Part shown: one piece after another, positions 11,176 to 22,216 of the stretch
Position numbering within the stretch: the first letter of the stretch is position 1
How the letters are laid out: each line of letters opens with the position of its first letter
Origin: Rhynchopus sp. YZ270_cl-10
Taxonomy: Eukaryota
DNA length: 64,000 nucleotides
Assembly: GCA_964035575.1 (NCBI GenBank)
Contig: OZ037833.1
Coordinates: 744,001-808,000 of the forward strand
Direction of reading: 5' to 3'
Made by a program: the position numbers and the translations under genes
The notes under the pieces: model-generated
What the model was told of the DNA's origin: nothing
Databases searched by the model: none
The model's input: the letters and a program-made list of their open reading frames with translations, nothing else

Positions 11176-12483
11176 TCACGCAAAGTACTCCACATTCGCC
11201 TGTTCCACCATTCCCTGGGAAAACGTATGGGCGAAACCCAGGTCCACGTTGCTGAACTTGTTGTTCCAAACATGCACAGCAGGGCTGGTCGCATCAAACA
11301 CCCAGCCAGTCACGCCGAACCCCTTCACGTACTTGAGGTCGTTGTCCTCGAGGCGGAGTGGCGTCTTTGTGTCCCCTGTGCGGACGTAGATGGCGTGCTC
11401 CCCCACATGCGAGACTGTGTTGTGCGACACCACCTGTGCGTACGACGACTCTGGGGCAACAGGAAGTGCGTCAATCGGCCCTGTGGGGGTGCGGGCAGCG
11501 CTGTAGAGCGGTGTCTGGTGCATGATGATGCCGTTGCCGGGGCCGTCGTGCACAACGTTGTTTGCGACGTGCACACGCCCGTGGCCCACCTGGATGCCGT
11601 TGTCGTGGTCTGTCACACCAGCGGAGTTCACGAGGGCCGGGCCCGGGTGGTAGCCAAAGTGCTCAACCACGTTGTTGTGCACACTGCCCGAAATGACCCC
11701 CGCAAGCTGGATGCCGTCGGCACCTGTGTCGTAGAGGACGTTGTTGTAGATCTGCACGTTCTCAAGCAGGTGTGGGAAGAGCAGCTCGCCAGGGCAGGCG
11801 TAGTGCTCAATGCCGTTCACCGCGTAGTGGCCGATGTACATCCCCTCCCCGTCCACAATGTGCTCAATCAGGTTGTCGTGGATCAGCAGGTTGCGCATCA
11901 CAAACTTCGTCCGCAGCATCTCCCCACTGCACGTCGGGTCCGTCTTCGTCTTGATGCCGTGCTCCATAGCGTGCTGGATGTGCAGGTGGTCCACCTCCAC
12001 ATCGGAGCTCAACGCACGGATCGTCACTGCGCCGTTTGCAACAATGGCGTGCTTTGCAAATGTGACACCCCCACCCGTCACGCGGAAGTGCTGGGAGTCA
12101 AGCACGCTGATGGCTCCCCCTGTGTTGAGGGTCACAGTGCTGCCGTCAGCGTTCGTGCGTTCCTGTGTGTAAGCGCTGGCGAGCGAGACCACACCGCCAC
12201 AGGCACGCAACGTCACAACCTTCTCCTCAGTGCCCTTCACACCCTCGACCATGATGCTGCTGCGGGCACCAGGTTCAAAGCACAGCACATCCCCAGGCTG
12301 GATCAACGCCGTCCCAAACTTGTAGTAATACGGAAACGGGGCGCCGCCCGCAATCTTCGAGTACGCAGGGTTCACGACAAAGGTGCAGCCGCAGGAGGCA
12401 ATCTGTTCGTCTGTGAGAACACTCGCTCCGGAGGTGGTCCCTGCCAAGGCAGCGACACAGGCAAGCAGCATGGGCACACGCAT
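11176..12483 (-). CDS. Secreted beta-helix protein (array copy)
   Basis: Translation identical to 2982-4289. Confidence 0.88.
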   Translation of the reverse strand: MRVPMLLACVAALAGTTSGASVLTDEQIASCGCTFVVNPAYSKIAGGAPFPYYYKFGTALIQPGDVLCFEPGARSSIMVEGVKGTEEKVVTLRACGGVVSLASAYTQERTNADGSTVTLNTGGAISVLDSQHFRVTGGGVTFAKHAIVANGAVTIRALSSDVEVDHLHIQHAMEHGIKTKTDPTCSGEMLRTKFVMRNLLIHDNLIEHIVDGEGMYIGHYAVNGIEHYACPGELLFPHLLENVQIYNNVLYDTGADGIQLAGVISGSVHNNVVEHFGYHPGPALVNSAGVTDHDNGIQVGHGRVHVANNVVHDGPGNGIIMHQTPLYSAARTPTGPIDALPVAPESSYAQVVSHNTVSHVGEHAIYVRTGDTKTPLRLEDNDLKYVKGFGVTGWVFDATSPAVHVWNNKFSNVDLGFAHTFSQGMVEQANVEYFA

Positions 12484-13348
12484 AGTGAAAGGTGTAACGA
12501 ATAGAAGAGTATTCTGTGGAGTGGTGTAGTCTTTCTTCTCTTCCCCGCAACGGAGAGGTGCTGTCTGTGCCTCCCGACTCTTAGCCATAGCCGACGCAGC
12601 GCTTCTGTGTCATGAGGAAGACAGGGGCAGGAAGCTCGAACATAACTAAAAGAGGGGGGAAAGGGGGTCTTGTCTTTTTTTTATTATTATTTGCAGTGTG
12701 CCGACCATGACCATCACCATCACAACGCCACCCAAAGTCCAGGGCGCTTTTATCCAATAGAAAAAAGAAAAAAGAAAACAGAAAAAAAGAAAGTGGAGTA
12801 TGCGTTTTGTATCTGGACATTTAAAAAGGATCTGCTCCACCAATAAGACGGAGCAGCTCAACCACCGACTGGCAGTTTTCCAAATTTCAAAATGGGGCGA
12901 CCAAGCTATGATTCTGGACATGTCGGGAAAATAGAGAAAACTTCAATAGATGAAATGTGCATTTCTTTCGTGCACACACATCCAAAGAATCGTGGCTAAG
13001 GGGGGCGGGGGCGGGGGGGGAACACCACTGACTGGTGGCTGCGCACAAATGGGGTTGGGGAGAAGGGTTTTAGTAAGCACCGGCACAACTGCCCAAAGTG
13101 AAGGGAGGTGTACGAACAATGCGGAATGCGGAATGGACCGAAGACCACTTTGTTTCATGCGCAAACACTTGAATGAGAACAGAAACGTGGGGAGAGCGAA
13201 GTCTCGCCTGCACGTACGTCTTTACGTTGTTAGCATTAGTAAAAATGTTTTTTTGGTTCTCTGGGGAAAAGAGGAAAAAGGGGAAATATGGGGAAATAGG
13301 GAAAGACCACCGACTGGCGGTTCACTTATCAGGGTTCATCATGGATCA

Positions 13349-14287
13349 CTACTTGTTCAGGCTCATGAGCTCGTCGTTGTTTCTCTTGCTCTTGGACATG
13401 TAGAGGACACCGCACACAACAGCAGCAACCACGACAAGACCACCCACGGCGATGGCAGCAATGACACCCGCACTGAGGGAGCTGCTGCCGCTGTCCGATG
13501 TAGCGGGCCCGGACCAGGAGAAGGAGGAACCCGGCTGGCCGCTGATGACGAGGATCTTGCCCTTCTCGCACTGCGAGGCGAACGTGACTGTGCCTTGTGC
13601 TGCGGAGGCGGCTGTGTAGACTACGTTCGACGAGACGGCGTCCACTTCCCCTGCGGTGACCGTGAAGTGCACCGCCTCACTCGCACCGCAGTGCATCACA
13701 CCCATGTAGAAGTCCATCAGCTTGCTCCCCACTGTGACAGAGCCGGTCGAGCCTGCGGACACCGGCTTGAGCGGCGCGGCAGCTTTGTCAATTGCATCCT
13801 CCGACAACTCAAGGCTGACGCCGGCAGGGCCAGACTTTGGCACGTAGCGTGTGAAGACACGCATGCTGTACGAAAACACTGGGGACGGGTCCGTCCATAC
13901 CGGCGCACTCACCTGGAAGTACATGTCCGCACCAGGCGCGTACTCGGAGCCAACTGCAACAATGAGGACAGTGTCGTTCGTCGGGTCCACCGTCATCGGC
14001 TGCCCCACCGTATCATCCGTGTACAGCGTCAGGTTGAACGCAGGGATCTTATCCACTCCAGCGGGTGCGGTCAGGTTCAGCACCACGTGCTGCAGGTACG
14101 TCGTCTGCGTGTCCGCAATGTCCCCCGACACCATCGACACCAGGTCGCCCACATCCAGCTGGATGCTCGGGTTCGAGGAGTTGATGTTAAAGCCAGTTGT
14201 CACCTCGGAGAGCACGTCTACCCCCGGGGGCAGTGGCGCTGTGCTGGCAGCAGACTGTGTTGCGAGTAGGGCCAAGAGAAACGCCAT
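13349..14287 (-). CDS. Type I membrane protein (array copy 4)
   Basis: Translation identical to 1058-1996. Confidence 0.85.
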   Translation of the reverse strand: MAFLLALLATQSAASTAPLPPGVDVLSEVTTGFNINSSNPSIQLDVGDLVSMVSGDIADTQTTYLQHVVLNLTAPAGVDKIPAFNLTLYTDDTVGQPMTVDPTNDTVLIVAVGSEYAPGADMYFQVSAPVWTDPSPVFSYSMRVFTRYVPKSGPAGVSLELSEDAIDKAAAPLKPVSAGSTGSVTVGSKLMDFYMGVMHCGASEAVHFTVTAGEVDAVSSNVVYTAASAAQGTVTFASQCEKGKILVISGQPGSSFSWSGPATSDSGSSSLSAGVIAAIAVGGLVVVAAVVCGVLYMSKSKRNNDELMSLNK

Positions 14288-15272
14288 TTTCTTTTGAAGG
14301 GTGTGCGGTGCTTCTGTTTGTGTTTGTGTTTGTGTTTGTGCTGCAAATACCTGTGGGTGTGGGTGTGGGTGTGGAAAGGGGGAAAGGGGAACTTTGCGCA
14401 AAGCGGTGTTCCTTTGGCTGCCTGCACACATGGTGGAGGGTAAAGAAACAGAGTAGCATCTGGAGTGGGTGAGTGCTGACAACCACGCTACGCTGCCTTC
14501 TCGCACTAATGCGTACCAGCACAGAACGGACGAAGCCGCAAAACAGGCTGGTTAATAATAATGATTCGCTATGAAGCAACAGTGTGGAAGAGGCACAGAC
14601 AAGAGAGTAGGTAGGGAGGTGGGGTGGGTGGGGTAGGGTGGGTGGTGTTCGTTTTTGTTTGTTCGTCGGCAAGAAGATGTCTTGTTACGGAAGAGACGAC
14701 CATACCGGTATCCACGCCTTTGCATCCTTTGTTTTTCAAATCAATCCAGCATACACTGGACTGGGTCGGTTGTGCAAAAGATTGGAAACACATAATAAAA
14801 GGTGGACATGTGAAAGACATGCGGACACAGGCATCGATCGGAGACAAAAGGTAAAGTAGAGCGTGTGCACGTGAAACAGCACTACTGTCGCAGGTGACTG
14901 GTTCGCCACCGTTGACGAGTAACCATTTCAAAAAAGACCACACAAAGAAGGGTTGAGCGATGAGTGTAGGGTACCTTACTGGCGTGCACACACATCTTTG
15001 AAAGAAAAGACAAGAAGAAGTCTGTGAACAAAAGAAAGAAGTTGTTGTAAGTTATTGAAAAGAGAAAGTGCTGCTGCCCTCGCGGGCTTTTGTTGCAAGT
15101 ATTTTTTTTTCCTCGCGGAAATGCATTTTTCCTCATGTTGTTGTTGACATGCAAACAGATATGCAAAACTCAAGTAAATGAGTTATGTGTGGACACCGCT
15201 CGCATACTAACACAGCACACACACACACGCACACATGCATACATACATACATACACACACAGTGCTCTGTGC

Positions 15273-16580
15273 TCACGCAAAGTACTCCACATTCGCCTGT
15301 TCCACCATTCCCTGGGAAAACGTATGGGCGAAACCCAGGTCCACGTTGCTGAACTTGTTGTTCCAAACATGCACAGCAGGGCTGGTCGCATCAAACACCC
15401 AGCCAGTCACGCCGAACCCCTTCACGTACTTGAGGTCGTTGTCCTCGAGGCGGAGTGGCGTCTTTGTGTCCCCTGTGCGGACGTAGATGGCGTGCTCCCC
15501 CACATGCGAGACTGTGTTGTGCGACACCACCTGTGCGTACGACGACTCTGGGGCAACAGGAAGTGCGTCAATCGGCCCTGTGGGGGTGCGGGCAGCGCTG
15601 TAGAGCGGTGTCTGGTGCATGATGATGCCGTTGCCGGGGCCGTCGTGCACAACGTTGTTTGCGACGTGCACACGCCCGTGGCCCACCTGGATGCCGTTGT
15701 CGTGGTCTGTCACACCAGCGGAGTTCACGAGGGCCGGGCCCGGGTGGTAGCCAAAGTGCTCAACCACGTTGTTGTGCACACTGCCCGAAATGACCCCCGC
15801 AAGCTGGATGCCGTCGGCACCTGTGTCGTAGAGGACGTTGTTGTAGATCTGCACGTTCTCAAGCAGGTGTGGGAAGAGCAGCTCGCCAGGGCAGGCGTAG
15901 TGCTCAATGCCGTTCACCGCGTAGTGGCCGATGTACATCCCCTCCCCGTCCACAATGTGCTCAATCAGGTTGTCGTGGATCAGCAGGTTGCGCATCACAA
16001 ACTTCGTCCGCAGCATCTCCCCACTGCACGTCGGGTCCGTCTTCGTCTTGATGCCGTGCTCCATAGCGTGCTGGATGTGCAGGTGGTCCACCTCCACATC
16101 GGAGCTCAACGCACGGATCGTCACTGCGCCGTTTGCAACAATGGCGTGCTTTGCAAATGTGACACCCCCACCCGTCACGCGGAAGTGCTGGGAGTCAAGC
16201 ACGCTGATGGCTCCCCCTGTGTTGAGGGTCACAGTGCTGCCGTCAGCGTTCGTGCGTTCCTGTGTGTAAGCGCTGGCGAGCGAGACCACACCGCCACAGG
16301 CACGCAACGTCACAACCTTCTCCTCAGTGCCCTTCACACCCTCGACCATGATGCTGCTGCGGGCACCAGGTTCAAAGCACAGCACATCCCCAGGCTGGAT
16401 CAACGCCGTCCCAAACTTGTAGTAATACGGAAACGGGGCGCCGCCCGCAATCTTCGAGTACGCAGGGTTCACGACAAAGGTGCAGCCGCAGGAGGCAATC
16501 TGTTCGTCTGTGAGAACACTCGCTCCGGAGGTGGTCCCTGCCAAGGCAGCGACACAGGCAAGCAGCATGGGCACACGCAT
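15273..16580 (-). CDS. Secreted beta-helix protein (array copy)
   Basis: Translation identical to 2982-4289. Confidence 0.88.
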   Translation of the reverse strand: MRVPMLLACVAALAGTTSGASVLTDEQIASCGCTFVVNPAYSKIAGGAPFPYYYKFGTALIQPGDVLCFEPGARSSIMVEGVKGTEEKVVTLRACGGVVSLASAYTQERTNADGSTVTLNTGGAISVLDSQHFRVTGGGVTFAKHAIVANGAVTIRALSSDVEVDHLHIQHAMEHGIKTKTDPTCSGEMLRTKFVMRNLLIHDNLIEHIVDGEGMYIGHYAVNGIEHYACPGELLFPHLLENVQIYNNVLYDTGADGIQLAGVISGSVHNNVVEHFGYHPGPALVNSAGVTDHDNGIQVGHGRVHVANNVVHDGPGNGIIMHQTPLYSAARTPTGPIDALPVAPESSYAQVVSHNTVSHVGEHAIYVRTGDTKTPLRLEDNDLKYVKGFGVTGWVFDATSPAVHVWNNKFSNVDLGFAHTFSQGMVEQANVEYFA

Positions 16581-17445
16581 AGTGAAAGGTGTAACGAATA
16601 GAAGAGTATTCTGTGGAGTGGTGTAGTCTTTCTTCTCTTCCCCGCAACGGAGAGGTGCTGTCTGTGCCTCCCGACTCTTAGCCATAGCCGACGCAGCGCT
16701 TCTGTGTCATGAGGAAGACAGGGGCAGGAAGCTCGAACATAACTAAAAGAGGGGGGAAAGGGGGTCTTGTCTTTTTTTTATTATTATTTGCAGTGTGCCG
16801 ACCATGACCATCACCATCACAACGCCACCCAAAGTCCAGGGCGCTTTTATCCAATAGAAAAAAGAAAAAAGAAAACAGAAAAAAAGAAAGTGGAGTATGC
16901 GTTTTGTATCTGGACATTTAAAAAGGATCTGCTCCACCAATAAGACGGAGCAGCTCAACCACCGACTGGCAGTTTTCCAAATTTCAAAATGGGGCGACCA
17001 AGCTATGATTCTGGACATGTCGGGAAAATAGAGAAAACTTCAATAGATGAAATGTGCATTTCTTTCGTGCACACACATCCAAAGAATCGTGGCTAAGGGG
17101 GGCGGGGGCGGGGGGGGAACACCACTGACTGGTGGCTGCGCACAAATGGGGTTGGGGAGAAGGGTTTTAGTAAGCACCGGCACAACTGCCCAAAGTGAAG
17201 GGAGGTGTACGAACAATGCGGAATGCGGAATGGACCGAAGACCACTTTGTTTCATGCGCAAACACTTGAATGAGAACAGAAACGTGGGGAGAGCGAAGTC
17301 TCGCCTGCACGTACGTCTTTACGTTGTTAGCATTAGTAAAAATGTTTTTTTGGTTCTCTGGGGAAAAGAGGAAAAAGGGGAAATATGGGGAAATAGGGAA
17401 AGACCACCGACTGGCGGTTCACTTATCAGGGTTCATCATGGATCA

Positions 17446-18384
17446 CTACTTGTTCAGGCTCATGAGCTCGTCGTTGTTTCTCTTGCTCTTGGACATGTAG
17501 AGGACACCGCACACAACAGCAGCAACCACGACAAGACCACCCACGGCGATGGCAGCAATGACACCCGCACTGAGGGAGCTGCTGCCGCTGTCCGATGTAG
17601 CGGGCCCGGACCAGGAGAAGGAGGAACCCGGCTGGCCGCTGATGACGAGGATCTTGCCCTTCTCGCACTGCGAGGCGAACGTGACTGTGCCTTGTGCTGC
17701 GGAGGCGGCTGTGTAGACTACGTTCGACGAGACGGCGTCCACTTCCCCTGCGGTGACCGTGAAGTGCACCGCCTCACTCGCACCGCAGTGCATCACACCC
17801 ATGTAGAAGTCCATCAGCTTGCTCCCCACTGTGACAGAGCCGGTCGAGCCTGCGGACACCGGCTTGAGCGGCGCGGCAGCTTTGTCAATTGCATCCTCCG
17901 ACAACTCAAGGCTGACGCCGGCAGGGCCAGACTTTGGCACGTAGCGTGTGAAGACACGCATGCTGTACGAAAACACTGGGGACGGGTCCGTCCATACCGG
18001 CGCACTCACCTGGAAGTACATGTCCGCACCAGGCGCGTACTCGGAGCCAACTGCAACAATGAGGACAGTGTCGTTCGTCGGGTCCACCGTCATCGGCTGC
18101 CCCACCGTATCATCCGTGTACAGCGTCAGGTTGAACGCAGGGATCTTATCCACTCCAGCGGGTGCGGTCAGGTTCAGCACCACGTGCTGCAGGTACGTCG
18201 TCTGCGTGTCCGCAATGTCCCCCGACACCATCGACACCAGGTCGCCCACATCCAGCTGGATGCTCGGGTTCGAGGAGTTGATGTTAAAGCCAGTTGTCAC
18301 CTCGGAGAGCACGTCTACCCCCGGGGGCAGTGGCGCTGTGCTGGCAGCAGACTGTGTTGCGAGTAGGGCCAAGAGAAACGCCAT
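17446..18384 (-). CDS. Type I membrane protein (terminal copy 5, with unique upstream region)
   Basis: Same protein from MAFLL onward; sequence upstream of ~18495 is unrelated to the array unit. Confidence 0.85.
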   Translation of the reverse strand: MAFLLALLATQSAASTAPLPPGVDVLSEVTTGFNINSSNPSIQLDVGDLVSMVSGDIADTQTTYLQHVVLNLTAPAGVDKIPAFNLTLYTDDTVGQPMTVDPTNDTVLIVAVGSEYAPGADMYFQVSAPVWTDPSPVFSYSMRVFTRYVPKSGPAGVSLELSEDAIDKAAAPLKPVSAGSTGSVTVGSKLMDFYMGVMHCGASEAVHFTVTAGEVDAVSSNVVYTAASAAQGTVTFASQCEKGKILVISGQPGSSFSWSGPATSDSGSSSLSAGVIAAIAVGGLVVVAAVVCGVLYMSKSKRNNDELMSLNK

Positions 18385-19350
18385 TTTAGGGTGTGCGGTG
18401 CTTCTGTTTGTGTTTGTGTTTGTGTTTGTGCTGCAAATACCTGTGGGTGTGGGTGTGGGTGTGGAAAGGGGGAAAGGGGAACGTTGCGCAAAGTATTGCG
18501 TTTTTCGGGGTCTTTTCTTTTTCCTGCATTTTATTGCATACAAAAGAGAGCTGGGGACATACAAAAACACTGCTGGAGAGTTGGAAGGTAAGAATCAAGA
18601 ACTACTTAGGCGGGGCAAACACACCATTGACTTGACAGGCGAGGGACGCTCTATGGCACATATGTGCCCAGTGTTGTTAGTATTGGACACACACAGAAGA
18701 GTTAATGGCAAATGAGGCATTACAACTTGCTTAGATAAGCTCCAGAAACAATCTTGTTAGACAGTGCAACCGCCTTTGTGGACGATACGAAGTTCTCCAC
18801 AAACGGGAGGAAACAACATCCATTTACAGCAAACAGTCAGTGGCAACAGAACAAAAGAAACAAATGTACAAGAGAAGCGAAAGAATAGAACGACTAGTCA
18901 CACATTTGGGCAACACCCCCGCTCTTAGCAAGTACCCACCACTGCTTTTTCAACACACATACGCAAGGTTCCTACACAATGCGCATAAACTGAATAAACC
19001 CCTTTTACGGGAAATAAGCCAAGAACGCACCCACACACATTTGTGACATGCTTCGCTCTTAGGAACTACTCACACCTGCTTTCAACATACACACAATACA
19101 CATTTGGGGGCATATTCTACGCAAAGAATTACCCCTACTAGGTTATCAAACACACACAACGCGATATGGACGCCGTTTTGCTCTTAAGGAACTACACACC
19201 TCCTTTCGAACAACAGACACAAAGCGAGAAAGCGTTGCCTCAAAAGGCTTTTTGCTAGGAAAGCTAGAAAAACTAAAAAAAATACAAAATTGAGACAGCA
19301 AAAACATTTCACAAACTCACCTCACGCCCCAAACCCTGCATCCCCCACCC

Positions 19351-20052
19351 CTACCACCCATACAACTTTGTGACATCCTGTCTCGGCTTTACATCACGGT
19401 TTTTTCTACACCCTTCTAATCCTCTTGGCGGTGGGAAGGGTGGGCCGAAGTCTCGGGTGATCGGGTCTCTCCCGCTAGGGGAGAGGACACGACGACGTCC
19501 ACCGGGGGTTGTTCCGCCTCCAAGCGCGAGCATGACGTCGTCAGGGATGGGACCACGGCGGCCTCTACCCGGGGAGGAGTGGAGGGGCTCGGAAGCAAAG
19601 CGGGCCTGGAAACGGGGTGAGGGCTGCCAGGCTGGGTCCTCGGGGATGCGCGAGTCGTAGATGTTGTGCTGCTGGCGGTGCGCTGCGGCGCCGGGACTGC
19701 ATCGCATCATCTTCGAAGGCCGCCCTGCTGCCTCCTCACTGTGCTGTTGTGCCACGCTCTTTACACCACCTCTCCCTCCCTTTGGGAAGTCTGACCCCGG
19801 AGAAGGTGCACACCCTGAATACGAATTATCACATAACTGCACAGCGCTGGCTCTAGGGGTGATGGGTCTGCGGCCGTAGCGTGAAGGGGTGGTGGTGGTG
19901 GTGGTGGTGGTGTAGTTCTGGTGGTGGTGCCCAGAGTCCTGGTAGGAATCGCCCTCCCAGTCGTGGAGGGGTGGGGAGTATGAGCGGTGCACCTCGCCGC
20001 GTGGGGGTTCGCGTAGCATGGGGATTTGGTCGCGTGCTTCGCGGAAGGCCAT
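19351..20052 (-). CDS. Hypothetical Pro/Arg/Gly/Ser-rich disordered protein, 233 aa
   Basis: GC-rich ORF in AT-rich flanks, same strand as all other genes, ATG preceded by an A-rich leader. No domain recognised. Confidence 0.6.
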   Translation of the reverse strand: MAFREARDQIPMLREPPRGEVHRSYSPPLHDWEGDSYQDSGHHHQNYTTTTTTTTPSRYGRRPITPRASAVQLCDNSYSGCAPSPGSDFPKGGRGGVKSVAQQHSEEAAGRPSKMMRCSPGAAAHRQQHNIYDSRIPEDPAWQPSPRFQARFASEPLHSSPGRGRRGPIPDDVMLALGGGTTPGGRRRVLSPSGRDPITRDFGPPFPPPRGLEGCRKNRDVKPRQDVTKLYGW

Positions 20053-20749
20053 TCTTTGTGTTTTTTTTTTTTTTTTTTTTTGCCAACAATCACCTTGGAG
20101 AGAACCTACGGTCTGTACTCAAAATGGTATCTAAAGCCTTTTTTTGTACTTATCGAAGACTTTAGATTTCTTTTGATATCAGCTTTTTTTTAGAAGGTTG
20201 TTGTTGACAAGGTGTAATCGGTTGTTGAGAAATTGCTATAGGAGTGGGGTGAGCGGATGAGAGATAACCCCTAATATTTCGACAAAGTGTGACACAAAAT
20301 AAAATAAAAAAGAAAAAGAAACTATCGAAGGTGTGTATAAAGAGGTGGGAGGTGGGATTTTGTGTGTAGTTTGACACCCCCCTCCTGGATGTTGCCTTAT
20401 TTTTGTATGAGGAGGAGATGGCAGATGCGGGAAATGGGTTCTGGATCCCAAGGGATTAAAAAAAAAAGGGGGGGTAGGTAGGGAGCCGTGTAAATCCTAA
20501 ACCTGCTACTCAGTTGACCAATATTTTTTTTTCTTCAAATTTTGGAGCTTCCGCGTTTTTGTTTTTCTGTTTTGCAGATTTTGCAGATTTAGGATTTACC
20601 CCGATAGGGAGGGTTCGATATTTTGCAACACAATTTTTGTTTTTTTGTTTTTTTTTATAGCTTTTTGTTGAAACAAGGTTAGAATGGAGTGAAAAAACCG
20701 GTGGTTTTGCTTTTGTTACTTTTTTTATTGTCTTTTTTGAGGCATTTTT

Positions 20750-20830
20750 GTTGCCAAAGAAGGTAGTGCCGTGATGCTACCACTGGATGGATTATGGCTG
20801 AACACCTCTAAGCCAGAACCCAGTCTAGAG
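20750..20830 (+). pseudogene. Isolated fragment of cytoplasmic LSU (25S/28S-type) rRNA 3' region
   Basis: TGCCGTGATGCTACCACTGGATGGATTATGGCTGAACACCTCTAAGCCAGAACCCAGTCTAGA matches the conserved eukaryotic LSU segment GCTACCA...GGATTATGGCTGAACGCCTCTAAG(T/C)CAGAA. The flanks are not rRNA-like. Confidence 0.75.
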
Positions 20831-21346
20831 ACATACGTGAAATATTTCAGGACTAGCAGCGTGGGGGGGTGAACAAAAGGGAGAAAACTTTTAAGGATGA
20901 CAAGGGTCTGTTGCGACATGGGTGCATGGGGTTTGCACGTGGTTTTATGAAGTGTTTTGCTACCTTTTTTTAGACGAAGAATGCTCACACAAAAAAAAAA
21001 TAAAAATGAAGAAGCAGGATAGTGCAACAATAACGAACAACAACACTGAACAACGGTTAGCTAGGCAAAAGATAAAACTCGAAAAAAAAAAAAAAAACAA
21101 AAACAAAAATAAAGCACACACAGAGATCTTATTGAGAGCGGGTACTTCTCGGTACCCCCTCTCTCTCCTCTCACTCACTCACTCCTCATCTCCTCACGTC
21201 ACATCACTCTGTCTGGTCTCTTCAGAAGAACACACAAAAGTGGGGTGAGATTTTTTTATTTTAAATAGGTACATCTTAGTAGACATGCCTCACGTGGACA
21301 TAGCAGCGTAAGATGGTTAAAAAGAAAGGGGGGGGGGGGTAGGTTA

Positions 21347-22184
21347 AGAATACCCCTTGTCCTTTTTCGTCCTCTACGTCTTTTTCGTCTTTTTCGTCCT
21401 TTTTCGATCCGGGAAAAAGGACGAAAAAGGACAAAAAAGGACGGTGGTGTAAGGTGTACAGGAAAATCACCAGGAAAATCACCGGTTCACCCGAAAAAAA
21501 AAAATCCCCCCAAATAATATTTTCTTGGGAAAAAGTCGAATCCCTTGTATTAGGCGAAATGTTTTGAAAACATGCCACCTATCCACAACCAGCTTCCCGC
21601 TCTCCAGAAGTGCGGGGATCTCAGTTTTTGGGAGAGGTTCCCGTTTGTGCAGAAGTGCTCTACGACAGAAGACATCAGGTACATGGAACAAGACTCCGCG
21701 AGGATTGTCCACATTCTTCCAATGTTCTGGGCTTTGAAACAGGTGTTCAATACCTGACCTGCACCTGAAGGGGAAGTTGCTGGGCACAAAAAATGCAAGA
21801 AGTCCGGAGATGAACGAGAGAAGTACAACCTGGAAACCGGCCGCTGTGTTCTTGCCACCATCTTGTCCCCTACCTGCTACACCCTGATAAATAAGGCAAG
21901 GTCCCTCGTGGGGTTTTGGAAAGTGCCTTGAGGCTTTCAATCCAAAGACGCTCATGGATCAGGCAGAAAAAGCAGTGGAGTGTTTTATTACTTTTTGTAA
22001 ACTTAAAAACGCAGGTGTCAACTATCAGTGGGTTGTGAGACGATTCTTTGTACCAGGAACGTGAGGAGTAACTTAGTCACTGTACATTATTACCAATGTC
22101 CCTTTTCGTCCTTTTTCGTCCTTTTTTGTCCTTTTTCGTCCTTTTTCGTCCTTTTTGAAAAATCGTAGAGGACAGGGGGGTTCT
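21347..22184. mobile_element. Non-autonomous TIR element (~840 bp) flanked by TA
   Basis: Left end TA|AGAATACCCCTTGTCC..TCTACG and right end CGTAGAGGACAGGGGGGTTCT|TA are imperfect inverted repeats; subterminal CTTTTTCGTC/GGACGAAAAAG 10-mers occur at both ends. Confidence 0.7.
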
Positions 22185-22216
22185 TAGGGTAGGTGGGGGC
22201 AAAACCCCTATTTTTT

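Larger units (their letters stand above)
1..18493. repeat. Tandem array of a 4,097-bp unit (~4.5 copies visible, continues left of the window) carrying two genes
   Basis: ORFs recur at exact 4,097-bp offsets (2982/7079/11176/15273; 1058/5155/9252/13349/17446). The only internal difference I noticed is T>C at 11005. The last copy has a 7-bp deletion just upstream of the membrane-protein ATG (~18388), and similarity is lost near 18495. Confidence 0.98.

Noticed and set aside
21479..22070. Short ORFs inside the first TA-flanked element
   Set aside because: Interrupted by stops, and no transposase or other motif recognised.
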